From positions 5,089,929 through 5,153,928 of the forward strand of contig OZ245783.1 in NCBI GenBank assembly GCA_965227875.1: a stretch of 64,000 nucleotides of DNA, written 5' to 3'. The stretch is from Hyphomicrobiales bacterium (GTDB lineage: Bacteria > Pseudomonadota > Alphaproteobacteria > Rhizobiales > JAJFHC01). Positions 10,805 through 18,338 of this stretch are shown here, one piece after another (positions within the stretch are counted from its first letter, which is position 1; each line of letters begins with the position of its first letter). The notes below the pieces were generated by a model that did not search any database, was not told the origin of the DNA, and saw nothing but the letters and a program-made list of their open reading frames with translations. A program made the position numbers and the translations under genes.

Positions 10805-10832
10805 GGTCGGGGTTTGAGTTCCAGCAGCACCG
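10805..10832 (+). other. Degenerate copy of the tRNA-Thr T-arm/acceptor 3' half, inverted relative to the tRNA gene
   Basis: GGTCGGGGTTTGAGTTCCAGCAGCACCG aligns to tRNA GGTCGGGGGTTCGAGTCCCTCAGCCGGCACCA. By hand alignment about 24 of 32 positions match, with small gaps. Confidence 0.35.
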
Positions 10833-10940
10833 TTCGTCCACATTCAACTCCTCGGATGCAAGGAGTCCCATCTGCAAAAAGGGAGGTACCCCCGGGGTGG
10901 GGTCCGTGGACAGCCATTTCCGTCGAGCCGGCATGTCCAG

Positions 10941-10979
10941 TCAAAAACACTGCAAAAGCGGCAAGCCAAGACGTTTTGC
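10941..10979 (-). terminator. Possible terminator downstream of tRNA-Thr
   Basis: On the minus strand this reads GCAAAAcgtcttggcttgccgcTTTTGC followed by agtgTTTTTga, about 65 nt after the tRNA 3' end. The stem is weak (6 bp, AT-rich). Confidence 0.3.
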
Positions 10980-11043
10980 AACCCACTTGCAACCCCGAAT
11001 CGGGCCAAGCGCATCCAAACTTCCTATAACCCATTGATTTTAT

Positions 11044-11119
<76 letters not shown>

Positions 11120-11149
11120 TCTTTCGGCTGCTTGCCGGACGATGCGCTC

Positions 11150-11177
11150 CTTATACGCACTCGCCCGGTGAATGCAA
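11150..11177 (-). promoter_or_regulatory. Sigma-70-type promoter candidate for tRNA-Thr
   Basis: The minus strand reads TTGCAT-16 nt-TATAAG, about 30 nt upstream of the tRNA 5' end. Confidence 0.35.
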
Positions 11178-11349
11178 CGGCTCATTGCAGCACACGCCAC
11201 CCGCCGTCTGTGGTGCCCGTCCACGCGGTTTTGCCGGGTTCCATGCCGCGTCCGGGAAAATTGGCGCCGGCATTGAACCGGAAGCCCGGTCGCGTCGACC
11301 AAAGATTCAACGGGCCGCGCGTTGTGGCCCCCGCACCGGAGGACAGACA

Positions 11350-11766
11350 ATGACCGAACCCCGCACCCCGTTCCGCAACACCGTCACCGCCGCAGTCGCC
11401 GCAACCGTTTTCGCCCTTTCCGTTCTCGCCGCCCCCGGCGACGCCGACGCGGGCAAGCGCAAGTGGCAGCACGGGCATGGCCACGGCCACGGCGACTTCA
11501 CCACCGGCCTCGCCATCGGCCTCGGATTCACCCTGCTCGGCCACGCCATCGCCTCGGGCGGCGCAACCCGCGACCCCTTCGTCACCCGCCGCTGCCAGCA
11601 GGCCAAGGAATGGATGCAGCTCGCCCGGGCCGCCGAACGCATGGCCGCTGAAGACCGTCGCCGCGGCGACCTCCATGGCGCGCGTTTCATGAAACGCGAA
11701 GCCAAGCGCCGCCGCGCCAATGCCCGCCGCGCCCGCCAGGACTGCAAGGACTGGCACCGCAACTGA
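11350..11766 (+). CDS. Small secreted protein with HGHGHGHG repeat and basic C-terminus
   Basis: An internal ATG at 11350 has GGAGG upstream. The signal peptide is MTEPRTPFRNTVTAAVAATVFALSVLAAPGDADA. The upstream part of track ORF 11185..11766 is probably not translated. Confidence 0.6.
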   Translation: MTEPRTPFRNTVTAAVAATVFALSVLAAPGDADAGKRKWQHGHGHGHGDFTTGLAIGLGFTLLGHAIASGGATRDPFVTRRCQQAKEWMQLARAAERMAAEDRRRGDLHGARFMKREAKRRRANARRARQDCKDWHRN

Positions 11767-11898
11767 CCCCGAACGACACACAAGAATCCCGGCGGACCAT
11801 TCGGTTACGCCGGGATTTGAAGGTTCCGGGTAGCTGCTTCCGACGACACCGGCCAGCACCGGTCTGCCGCGGGGCGAAGCCGGGATCGACAGCCCGTC

Positions 11899-12882
11899 CT
11901 ACCGGGCCCGCTCCATCCATCCCTGGATGTCCACGTTGAGCACTGCCTGGAGCATGTAGCCGTCCATGTCTCCCGCATCGAACACCCGGGCATTGCCTCC
12001 GAGCGAAACGAAGTCGTTCACGGGCACGAGAGCGCCAACGCCCGCTTCGATGCCGACATAGTCGTCGTCCATGATTCTCGACGGCGGAAAGGTCGGATCG
12101 CTCGAAAATCCGCCGCCATCGTCGTAGAACAGCTTGAGCCTGCCGAACACTTCGGCCTGCCTGCAATGTTGCGCCGTGGCGCTGCACTGGTGACCGAACT
12201 CGATCGGAACGCCTGCGGTCAGGCTCGCGGAAAGACGCAGCTTTTCCAGATGCTGCGACGGCGTGGTCACGGCGAAGACCGTATCCACGAACGATTCCCG
12301 GTCGGCCGTCGTGTAGGCGATGCCGAGGCCGGGTTCCACGTAGAACGAGCCCATGTCGTACGTCTTTGCGCCGTCGAGCGAGAAACGCCATGTGTCGGTA
12401 TCGAAGGACCCGGTCGACCCGAGGATCGAGAAGTCCGTATCCATGTGGAAGTAATGGACGTTGGCCGTGATCCGCGTATCCGGCATGGGACGCCAGATCG
12501 CGAACGCACCCCCCAGGGTAACGTCGGAATCGGTCTTCTGCGCGAAAGGGCTCCACTTGGTATCGAAATCACCGATACCGACGGTCACACCCACGGTCAG
12601 GTCTTCGGACAGCCTGTAGGGAATGTTGACATCCCAGAGCAGGGCTTCGGTCTTGAGGCCCTTGCCATCCGCTTCGCCGAAACTGAGCGGATCTTCACAG
12701 GCCCTGCCCAGTCCGCAATTGAGGAAGCCTCCGATGATGTTGAGGTAGGCCCACCACATTATGTCGACCTCGAGGCCGAATGCATGAGCCTTTTTGTACG
12801 ATCCCGTAGTCGTCGCCGCGAACACGGCCGCACCCAGGACAATCCCCACAGCAGCCCTGCGAATTCTTCTGAGCAGCATCAC
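11899..12882 (-). CDS. Outer-membrane beta-barrel protein (autotransporter beta-domain-like, no passenger)
   Basis: 327-aa ORF with a signal peptide ending ...AHAFG. It shows alternating beta-strand patterns, and the C-terminal part is rich in aromatic and Gly residues. Confidence 0.7.
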   Translation of the reverse strand: MMLLRRIRRAAVGIVLGAAVFAATTTGSYKKAHAFGLEVDIMWWAYLNIIGGFLNCGLGRACEDPLSFGEADGKGLKTEALLWDVNIPYRLSEDLTVGVTVGIGDFDTKWSPFAQKTDSDVTLGGAFAIWRPMPDTRITANVHYFHMDTDFSILGSTGSFDTDTWRFSLDGAKTYDMGSFYVEPGLGIAYTTADRESFVDTVFAVTTPSQHLEKLRLSASLTAGVPIEFGHQCSATAQHCRQAEVFGRLKLFYDDGGGFSSDPTFPPSRIMDDDYVGIEAGVGALVPVNDFVSLGGNARVFDAGDMDGYMLQAVLNVDIQGWMERAR

Positions 12883-12917
12883 GTCCCCTCGCTTCAGCCC
12901 CAGTCCAAACCTGTGCG

Positions 12918-12932
12918 TTAACAGTCTGTTAA
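12918..12932. promoter_or_regulatory. Perfect CtrA-box consensus TTAA-N7-TTAA(C)
   Basis: TTAACAGTCTGTTAAC lies 36 nt upstream of the barrel-protein start codon at 12882. Confidence 0.35.
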
Positions 12933-13037
12933 CTGTTGGATTATCGTTTTGGAAGGTGACCAGGTGTCAAGCACTGTTGAACGGAATGCGAATTCAAGTA
13001 TCTCCAAGAAGCCAGAATATTACAAACCTGTGGCACT

Positions 13038-14603
13038 TCAGCCACACATCGCATCGCGCGGCAGCAGAATATTGAACTTCTCGCGGATAGCGCTGTCGAT
13101 CTGTCCGGGAACATGATCCGGGAACCGGGTCTCGAGGATCTCGCGCTTGCGTGCGATGGCCCGTTGCACGATGTCCGGCTTGCCCAGTTCGAGCCATTCC
13201 TTGGGGCTCGAGCGGTCCGCGATCTTCGGATAGACATATTCCGTCTGCATCAGCGACAGCGTCTGCTCGTGACCCAGATAGTGCCCCGGCCCTTCCAAGC
13301 AGACCTGCCTCATGGACTCCACCGAGAGCGTCTCGTCGGTAACCTCGATCCCGCGCACGCATCGCAGGGCCTGGGAAAGCATGTCGTTGTCGATGAGCAG
13401 GCTTTCCAGGCAGAAGCCCAGCAGCGAGGCATGCATGCCGGCGGACTCGTAGACAAGGTTGAGCCCCGCCAGGCCCGCCATCACGTCGGTGATGCCCTTC
13501 TCGTAACCGGACTGCACGTCCGGCAATTTCGCATCCGCCATGCCGGCCGCCGAACCGCCCGGCAGGTCGTAGAACTGGGCCATCTGCGCACAGGCCGACG
13601 TCAGCAGCGCCTGTTCGCCCGACCCGCCCGACATCGCTCCCGTCCTGAGATCCGAGACGAAGGGCCAAGTGCCGAAGATCGCCGGGTGCCCCGGCGCCAC
13701 CGCGTTCACGTAGACGAGGCCGGCCAGCACTTCCGCCGTCGCCTGGACCACCGCCCCGGCGATGGCCGCCGGCGCCGTAGCGCCCGCCTGGCCGGCGGAA
13801 AGCAGCAGGACCGGCATGCCACCGCGCACGCAGGCCTCGAGCACGCCGCAGGCGTCTTCGGCGAACTTGAGCGGCGGCACCACGAAGCAGTTGGAGTTCG
13901 AGACGAACGGACGCGCCCGCCATTCAGCTTCCCCGCCCGCGATCATATGCAGCAGGCCGATCGCCTCTTCCGCATACTCGGGCAGCGTGAAGCTCGTGCC
14001 CACGTGCTTGGCCGTGCCCGTCACCGCCGCATAGACCGTGTTGATATCGAGGTCGCGCGGCTTCACCATGTCGCGCGCCACCATGGGCCGCTGGAAGAAA
14101 TGTATGTTGTCGCAGGTCTCGACGATCCGTGCGGCGTCGTAGAGATCCTGGAGAAGCGACTCGCGATACTCCTTCTTCTCGATGTCCACCACATGCACCG
14201 CCGCACCGGCCGTGCCGTAATGCACCTTCTGTCCCTGCGGCCACATATCGTGCCTGGGATCTTGTCCGAAGAGCGGGAAATTGCGCGCGGCCATGGCGAT
14301 CGTGTCTTCCACCAGCGCGCGGGGAAACCGCAGCCTGCCGTCATCGCCATAGACCCCGCCCTTCGCCGTCACCGCCTCGATGCACGACGGGATGGCGTCG
14401 GCGAAGCCGATCTCCTCGAGCACCTGCAGCACGGCTTCGTGGATCCGGCCGATAGCACTGTCGTCCAGCGGCCTGTAGCGGCCGCCCGACATGCCCGGCC
14501 GCACGGGCCTGATGTCGTCGGCCAGAGGCTGCGCTCTCAGGGCGCGTCGGGCGTCCCTCCCGCCCCTGCGCCGTCCTTCGGTTCCTGCTTCCGTTGCGCC
14601 CAT
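13038..14603 (-). CDS. Trimethylamine methyltransferase (MttB) superfamily protein, non-pyrrolysine type (quaternary-amine methyltransferase candidate)
   Basis: 521-aa uninterrupted ORF. The N-terminus (RRRGGRDARRALRAQP...IRPVRPG) and the body (FPRALVEDTIAMAARNFPLFGQDP..., LLSAGQAGATAPAAIAGA) are typical of COG5598/MttB-family proteins. Confidence 0.9.
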   Translation of the reverse strand: MGATEAGTEGRRRGGRDARRALRAQPLADDIRPVRPGMSGGRYRPLDDSAIGRIHEAVLQVLEEIGFADAIPSCIEAVTAKGGVYGDDGRLRFPRALVEDTIAMAARNFPLFGQDPRHDMWPQGQKVHYGTAGAAVHVVDIEKKEYRESLLQDLYDAARIVETCDNIHFFQRPMVARDMVKPRDLDINTVYAAVTGTAKHVGTSFTLPEYAEEAIGLLHMIAGGEAEWRARPFVSNSNCFVVPPLKFAEDACGVLEACVRGGMPVLLLSAGQAGATAPAAIAGAVVQATAEVLAGLVYVNAVAPGHPAIFGTWPFVSDLRTGAMSGGSGEQALLTSACAQMAQFYDLPGGSAAGMADAKLPDVQSGYEKGITDVMAGLAGLNLVYESAGMHASLLGFCLESLLIDNDMLSQALRCVRGIEVTDETLSVESMRQVCLEGPGHYLGHEQTLSLMQTEYVYPKIADRSSPKEWLELGKPDIVQRAIARKREILETRFPDHVPGQIDSAIREKFNILLPRDAMCG

Positions 14604-14649
14604 GTCATGACCCTCCCTATGGACGTGGAACTCAATATGCGTGTGTCCG

Positions 14650-17121
14650 TCAGGCCTTCACACGCTCCGATCTCGGGTCGTAAAGCGGCCGCAGGCTGGC
14701 GGTCGCCTCGAACCGCTCGCAGGCCACCTCGATCTCGTAACGCGATGCCAGGATGCTGTCGGCGCTCTCGCCGGTTTCGCAGTCCACGTAACCAAGGCCC
14801 ACGGCCGCCCCCAGGTGATGGCCGTAATTGCCCGATGTCAGCCGGCCCACGATGTCGCCGTCCCGCAGGATCGGTTCGTTGTGGTAGAGCAGCGGCTCGG
14901 GATCACTGAGCAGGAACTGCACCATGCGGCGCGAAAGCCCCTCCTGTTTCTTGCGCAGCACGGCATCTCGGCCGAAAAAGTCGCCATACTTCGAAGCCGG
15001 CTTGTCCGTCTTCACGGCAAAGCCAAGTCCCGCCTCCAGGATGTGGTCCTCGTCCGTGATGTCATGCCCGAAGTGCCGGAAAGCCTTCTCCATCCGACAA
15101 CTGTCGAGCACGTGCATGCCGCAATAGGCGAGACCGAACGCCTCGCCGCGTTCGGCGATCGTATCGAAGACGTGGCGCGCCATGTCGCTGGAGACGTAGA
15201 TCTCCCAGCCCAGTTCACCGACGTAGGTGATCCGGTGGGCCCGCGCCTGCCCCAGACCGATCTCGACCTCCCCCGCGGTCGCGAACGGAAAGGCTTCGCT
15301 TGAAAGATCGCAGCCGATGACGGGCGCCAGCAGGTCCCGCGATTTCGGCCCCATGACGCAGATGACCGCCTCCGCGCTCGTCACGTCCGTGGCGACGCAG
15401 CGCGCCTCTTCGGGGATGTGTTTCCTGAGCCAGGCGAAGTCGCGCGCGCCGACCGCCGCTCCCGTCACGACGAGAAACGCCGTTTCCGAAAGCCGGGTGA
15501 CCGTCAGATCCGCCTCGATGCCGCCGCGTCCGTTGAGCCACTGGGTGTAGACGATGCGCCCCGTGTCCACGTCGATGTCGTTGGCGCAGATCCGCTGCAG
15601 CACATCCTTCGCGTCCGCGCCCTCGACCCGGAACTTGGCGAAGGAGGACATGTCGAAAAGACCCACATTCTCGCGCACGGCCCGATGTTCGGCGGCGGCG
15701 TAGTCGAACCAGTTCTGGCGCTTCCAGCTGTATTCGTATTCCGGCGTCTTGCCCGCCGCCCTTTCCGCTTCGGGCAGGAACCAGTTGGCCCGCTCCCAGC
15801 CGGCCGCCTCGCCGAAACAGGCCCCGCGTTCGGCGAGCCGTTCATGCAAAGGCGACTTGCGCACGCCGCGGGCGGTTTTGTACTGGCGATAGGGCCAGTG
15901 ATCCGCATAGAGCAGGCCGAGCGCTTCCTTGGAGCGTTCGTAGAGATAGGTGCGGTTGTTCTGGAACGGCATCATCCGGCGGATGTCCACGTCCCACAGG
16001 TCGAAGGGTGGTTCGCCGCCCTCCATCCATTCCGCCAGCGCCTTGCCCGCGCCTCCCGCGGACTGGATGCCGATGGAGTTGAAACCGGCCGCCACGAAGA
16101 AGTTCTCCACCTCCGGCGCTTCGCCGAGAAGATAGCGATCGTCGGGCGTAAAGCTCTCCGGCCCGCAGAAGAACGTGTGGATGCCGGCGGTCTCCAATAT
16201 CGGCAGACGGTTTACGGCCGCGGTCAGGATGGGCTCGAACTGTTCGAAGTCCTCCGGCAATTGGTCGAAGCAGAAATCCTCCGGAATGCCGTCCATCCCC
16301 CAGGGCTTGGCGTGGGGCTCGAACGCGCCGACGAGGAGCTTCCCGGCATCCTCCTTGTAATAGGCACATTCGTCGGGCACCCGCAGCACGGGCATGTCGC
16401 GCGGCAGGTCGTTGATCGCCTCGGTCACGATGTAGAAATGCTCGCAGGCGTGCAGCGGCACCCTGACGCCCGCCATCTCGCCGATCACGCGGCCCCACAT
16501 CCCGCCGCAGTTGACGACGAACTCCGCGTCGATGTCGCCGCGGTCGGTCGCCACGCCGGTGACACGGCCGTCACGCACGTGGACATCCGTGACCTTCGTG
16601 TTCTCGAACACCTTGGCTCCGCGGCTGCGCGCACCCTTGGCGAGCGCGAGCGCGATGTTCGCCGGATCCGCCTGGCCGTCTTTCGGCAGGAAGACGCCGC
16701 CCTTCGCGTCGCCGTGGTTGAGCAGAGGATACATGTCCCGGCATTCGTCCGGCGACAGGACCTCGACCTCGAGACCGAAGGTCCGCGCCATTGACGCGCC
16801 GCGCTTGAACTCCTCGAGCCGGCCGTCGGACAGGGCCACCCCGAGCGATCCGTTCTGCCGGAACCCTGTCGCAACACCGGTCTCGGCCTCCAGCGAGGTA
16901 TAGAGTTCGGCGGAATACTTCGCCAGCTGCGTCATGTTGAGCGACGCGCGAAGCTGGCCGATCAGTCCGGCCGCATGCCACGTCGTGCCACAGGTAAGCT
17001 GCTTTCGCTCCAGCAGCACCACGTCTGTCCACCCCTGGAGCGTGAGATGGTAGGCGACAGAACAGCCGACCACCCCGCCGCCGATGATCACCGCCCTCGC
17101 CTTGTCGGGAAAATCGCTCAT
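14650..17121 (-). CDS. Dimethylglycine/sarcosine dehydrogenase family protein (FAD oxidoreductase fused to GcvT-like folate-binding domain)
   Basis: 823-aa ORF with FAD motif VIIGGGVVGCSVAYHL and a covalent-FAD-type HAAGL region. The C-terminal aminomethyltransferase-like half contains YVGELGWE. Confidence 0.9.
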   Translation of the reverse strand: MSDFPDKARAVIIGGGVVGCSVAYHLTLQGWTDVVLLERKQLTCGTTWHAAGLIGQLRASLNMTQLAKYSAELYTSLEAETGVATGFRQNGSLGVALSDGRLEEFKRGASMARTFGLEVEVLSPDECRDMYPLLNHGDAKGGVFLPKDGQADPANIALALAKGARSRGAKVFENTKVTDVHVRDGRVTGVATDRGDIDAEFVVNCGGMWGRVIGEMAGVRVPLHACEHFYIVTEAINDLPRDMPVLRVPDECAYYKEDAGKLLVGAFEPHAKPWGMDGIPEDFCFDQLPEDFEQFEPILTAAVNRLPILETAGIHTFFCGPESFTPDDRYLLGEAPEVENFFVAAGFNSIGIQSAGGAGKALAEWMEGGEPPFDLWDVDIRRMMPFQNNRTYLYERSKEALGLLYADHWPYRQYKTARGVRKSPLHERLAERGACFGEAAGWERANWFLPEAERAAGKTPEYEYSWKRQNWFDYAAAEHRAVRENVGLFDMSSFAKFRVEGADAKDVLQRICANDIDVDTGRIVYTQWLNGRGGIEADLTVTRLSETAFLVVTGAAVGARDFAWLRKHIPEEARCVATDVTSAEAVICVMGPKSRDLLAPVIGCDLSSEAFPFATAGEVEIGLGQARAHRITYVGELGWEIYVSSDMARHVFDTIAERGEAFGLAYCGMHVLDSCRMEKAFRHFGHDITDEDHILEAGLGFAVKTDKPASKYGDFFGRDAVLRKKQEGLSRRMVQFLLSDPEPLLYHNEPILRDGDIVGRLTSGNYGHHLGAAVGLGYVDCETGESADSILASRYEIEVACERFEATASLRPLYDPRSERVKA

Positions 17122-17130
17122 CTGTAACTC

Positions 17131-17790
17131 CTAGTACACCGGTGGCGAGATCACCCAGATCACGACCGCCGGGATTTCGCCCGGATTGCGCCACCTGTGC
17201 GTCTCGTGGTTGAAACGGAAACTGTCGCCCGGCCGGAGATGAAACCGCCGGTCGGAGATCCAGAGTTCGAGTTCGCCGGAGACGACGTAGCCCGCCTCCT
17301 CTGTTTCCCGGAAGCCGGGCTTGTCGAGCTCCGCCCCCGGTGCGAATTCGGACCGGATGATTTCGAAGGTTCCGCCGAGGTCGGGCGAAAGAAGCTCCTC
17401 CACAAGCCCGCTTTCTTCCGAACCGATCCGGCGTCTTGCACGCGCGCGCACGACATGCCCCCGTTCCTCTTCAGGGGCATCGGCGTCGGACAGGAACCAT
17501 CCCAGCGGGACATCGAACACGTCCGCGAGCCTTCGCAGGTCCTGAATGGAAATGGCGGACAGGCCCCTCTCGACCTGGCTCAGGTAGCCGACCGAGCGTC
17601 CCGTCCGGATGGCGAGCTCCGACAGCGTCATGCCACGCGACTTGCGCAGCGCCCGCAGGTCATGGCCCACCCAGGAACCGATGGCGTCGCCGCTTCGGTC
17701 AGCGGATATGGTGTCCTTGCGCGAGATCCCGGCCAATCGCCCGCCTCCGTTGATCCGGAGAAGCGTGACCGGCGCGTCGTGAAAATTCAA
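17131..17790 (-). CDS. XRE-family HTH + cupin transcriptional regulator
   Basis: The HTH is LRALRKSRGMTLSELAIRTGRSVGYLSQVERG and the C-terminus is a cupin_2 domain. The track start at 17790 is TTG. A TTG at 17736 with GGAGG 7 nt upstream is an equally plausible start. Confidence 0.85.
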   Translation of the reverse strand: MNFHDAPVTLLRINGGGRLAGISRKDTISADRSGDAIGSWVGHDLRALRKSRGMTLSELAIRTGRSVGYLSQVERGLSAISIQDLRRLADVFDVPLGWFLSDADAPEEERGHVVRARARRRIGSEESGLVEELLSPDLGGTFEIIRSEFAPGAELDKPGFRETEEAGYVVSGELELWISDRRFHLRPGDSFRFNHETHRWRNPGEIPAVVIWVISPPVY

Positions 17791-17817
17791 TTGAATTTTT
17801 CACAACGGTGAAAATTC
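17779..17817. promoter_or_regulatory. Triple GTGAAAATTC repeat / palindromic operator candidate
   Basis: GTGAAAATTC occurs at 17779-17788, the inverted copy GAATTTTTCAC at 17793-17803, and GTGAAAATTC again at 17808-17817. The 10-bp palindrome TTCAATTGAA lies at the centre. The site sits at the 5' end of the regulator gene. Confidence 0.45.
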
Positions 17818-17925
17818 GGACCTAATGTATTGAAGACGGAGGAAGAAATGCGACCGAGCCGTTATGCGCACCACGATCGTCGCATCAGCAAAACTGTTCC
17901 TCCAAGCTGAACTGAAGCGCCCGGC

Positions 17926-18318
17926 CTACGCCGGCACGACCGCCGTCGCCTCGATCTCCACTTTCGCCCGGTCCTCCACAAGCGCCACGACCTGCACCAG
18001 CGCCATCGCCGGGAAAACCTTGCCCATGACGCGCTTGTAGGCGTCGCCGAGACCCTTGAGGTTGGCGAGATATTCCTGCTTGTCCGTCACGTACCATGTC
18101 AACCGCACGACATGTTCCGGGCCCGCACCGCCCGAGTCCAGCACCTCGACGATGTTCGTGAGCGCCTGTTCACACTGCTCGACGAAATCGTCCGTCCTGA
18201 ACGTCGACGTGTGGTCCCAGCCGATCTGCCCGGCCACGAAGATCATGCGCCCCTCCGCGGCGACGCCGTTCGAGAAACCGGACGGCTTCGCCCAGTGCGA
18301 GGGATTGAGATAGTCCAT
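17926..18318 (-). CDS. RidA/YjgF family reactive-intermediate deaminase
   Basis: An internal ATG at 18318 has GGAG upstream. The sequence MDYLNPSHWAKPSGFSNGVAAEGRMIFVAGQIGWD... is typical of RidA. The track ORF extends spuriously to 18561. Confidence 0.85.
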   Translation of the reverse strand: MDYLNPSHWAKPSGFSNGVAAEGRMIFVAGQIGWDHTSTFRTDDFVEQCEQALTNIVEVLDSGGAGPEHVVRLTWYVTDKQEYLANLKGLGDAYKRVMGKVFPAMALVQVVALVEDRAKVEIEATAVVPA

Positions 18319-18338
18319 GGCGGTCTCCCCGTTTTCTT

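Noticed and set aside
1-11043. Integrase, transposase, IS ends or a prophage in the low-GC island.
   Set aside because: No ORF on either strand resembles a tyrosine/serine recombinase or a DDE transposase. The only mobility trace is the degenerate tRNA fragment, and the island may continue beyond the window.
13038-14603. Possibility of an in-frame amber (pyrrolysine) codon in the MttB homologue.
   Set aside because: The ORF is uninterrupted over 521 codons, so this is a non-Pyl family member.
13113-14909. 598-aa plus-strand ORF opposite the MttB gene.
   Set aside because: It is Arg/Pro/His-rich low-complexity translation, typical of an antisense frame in high-GC DNA. The minus-strand frame has clear MttB-family sequence.
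15418-16794. 458-aa plus-strand ORF opposite the dimethylglycine dehydrogenase gene.
   Set aside because: It is an antisense shadow with no motifs, and the minus frame carries the FAD and GcvT motifs.
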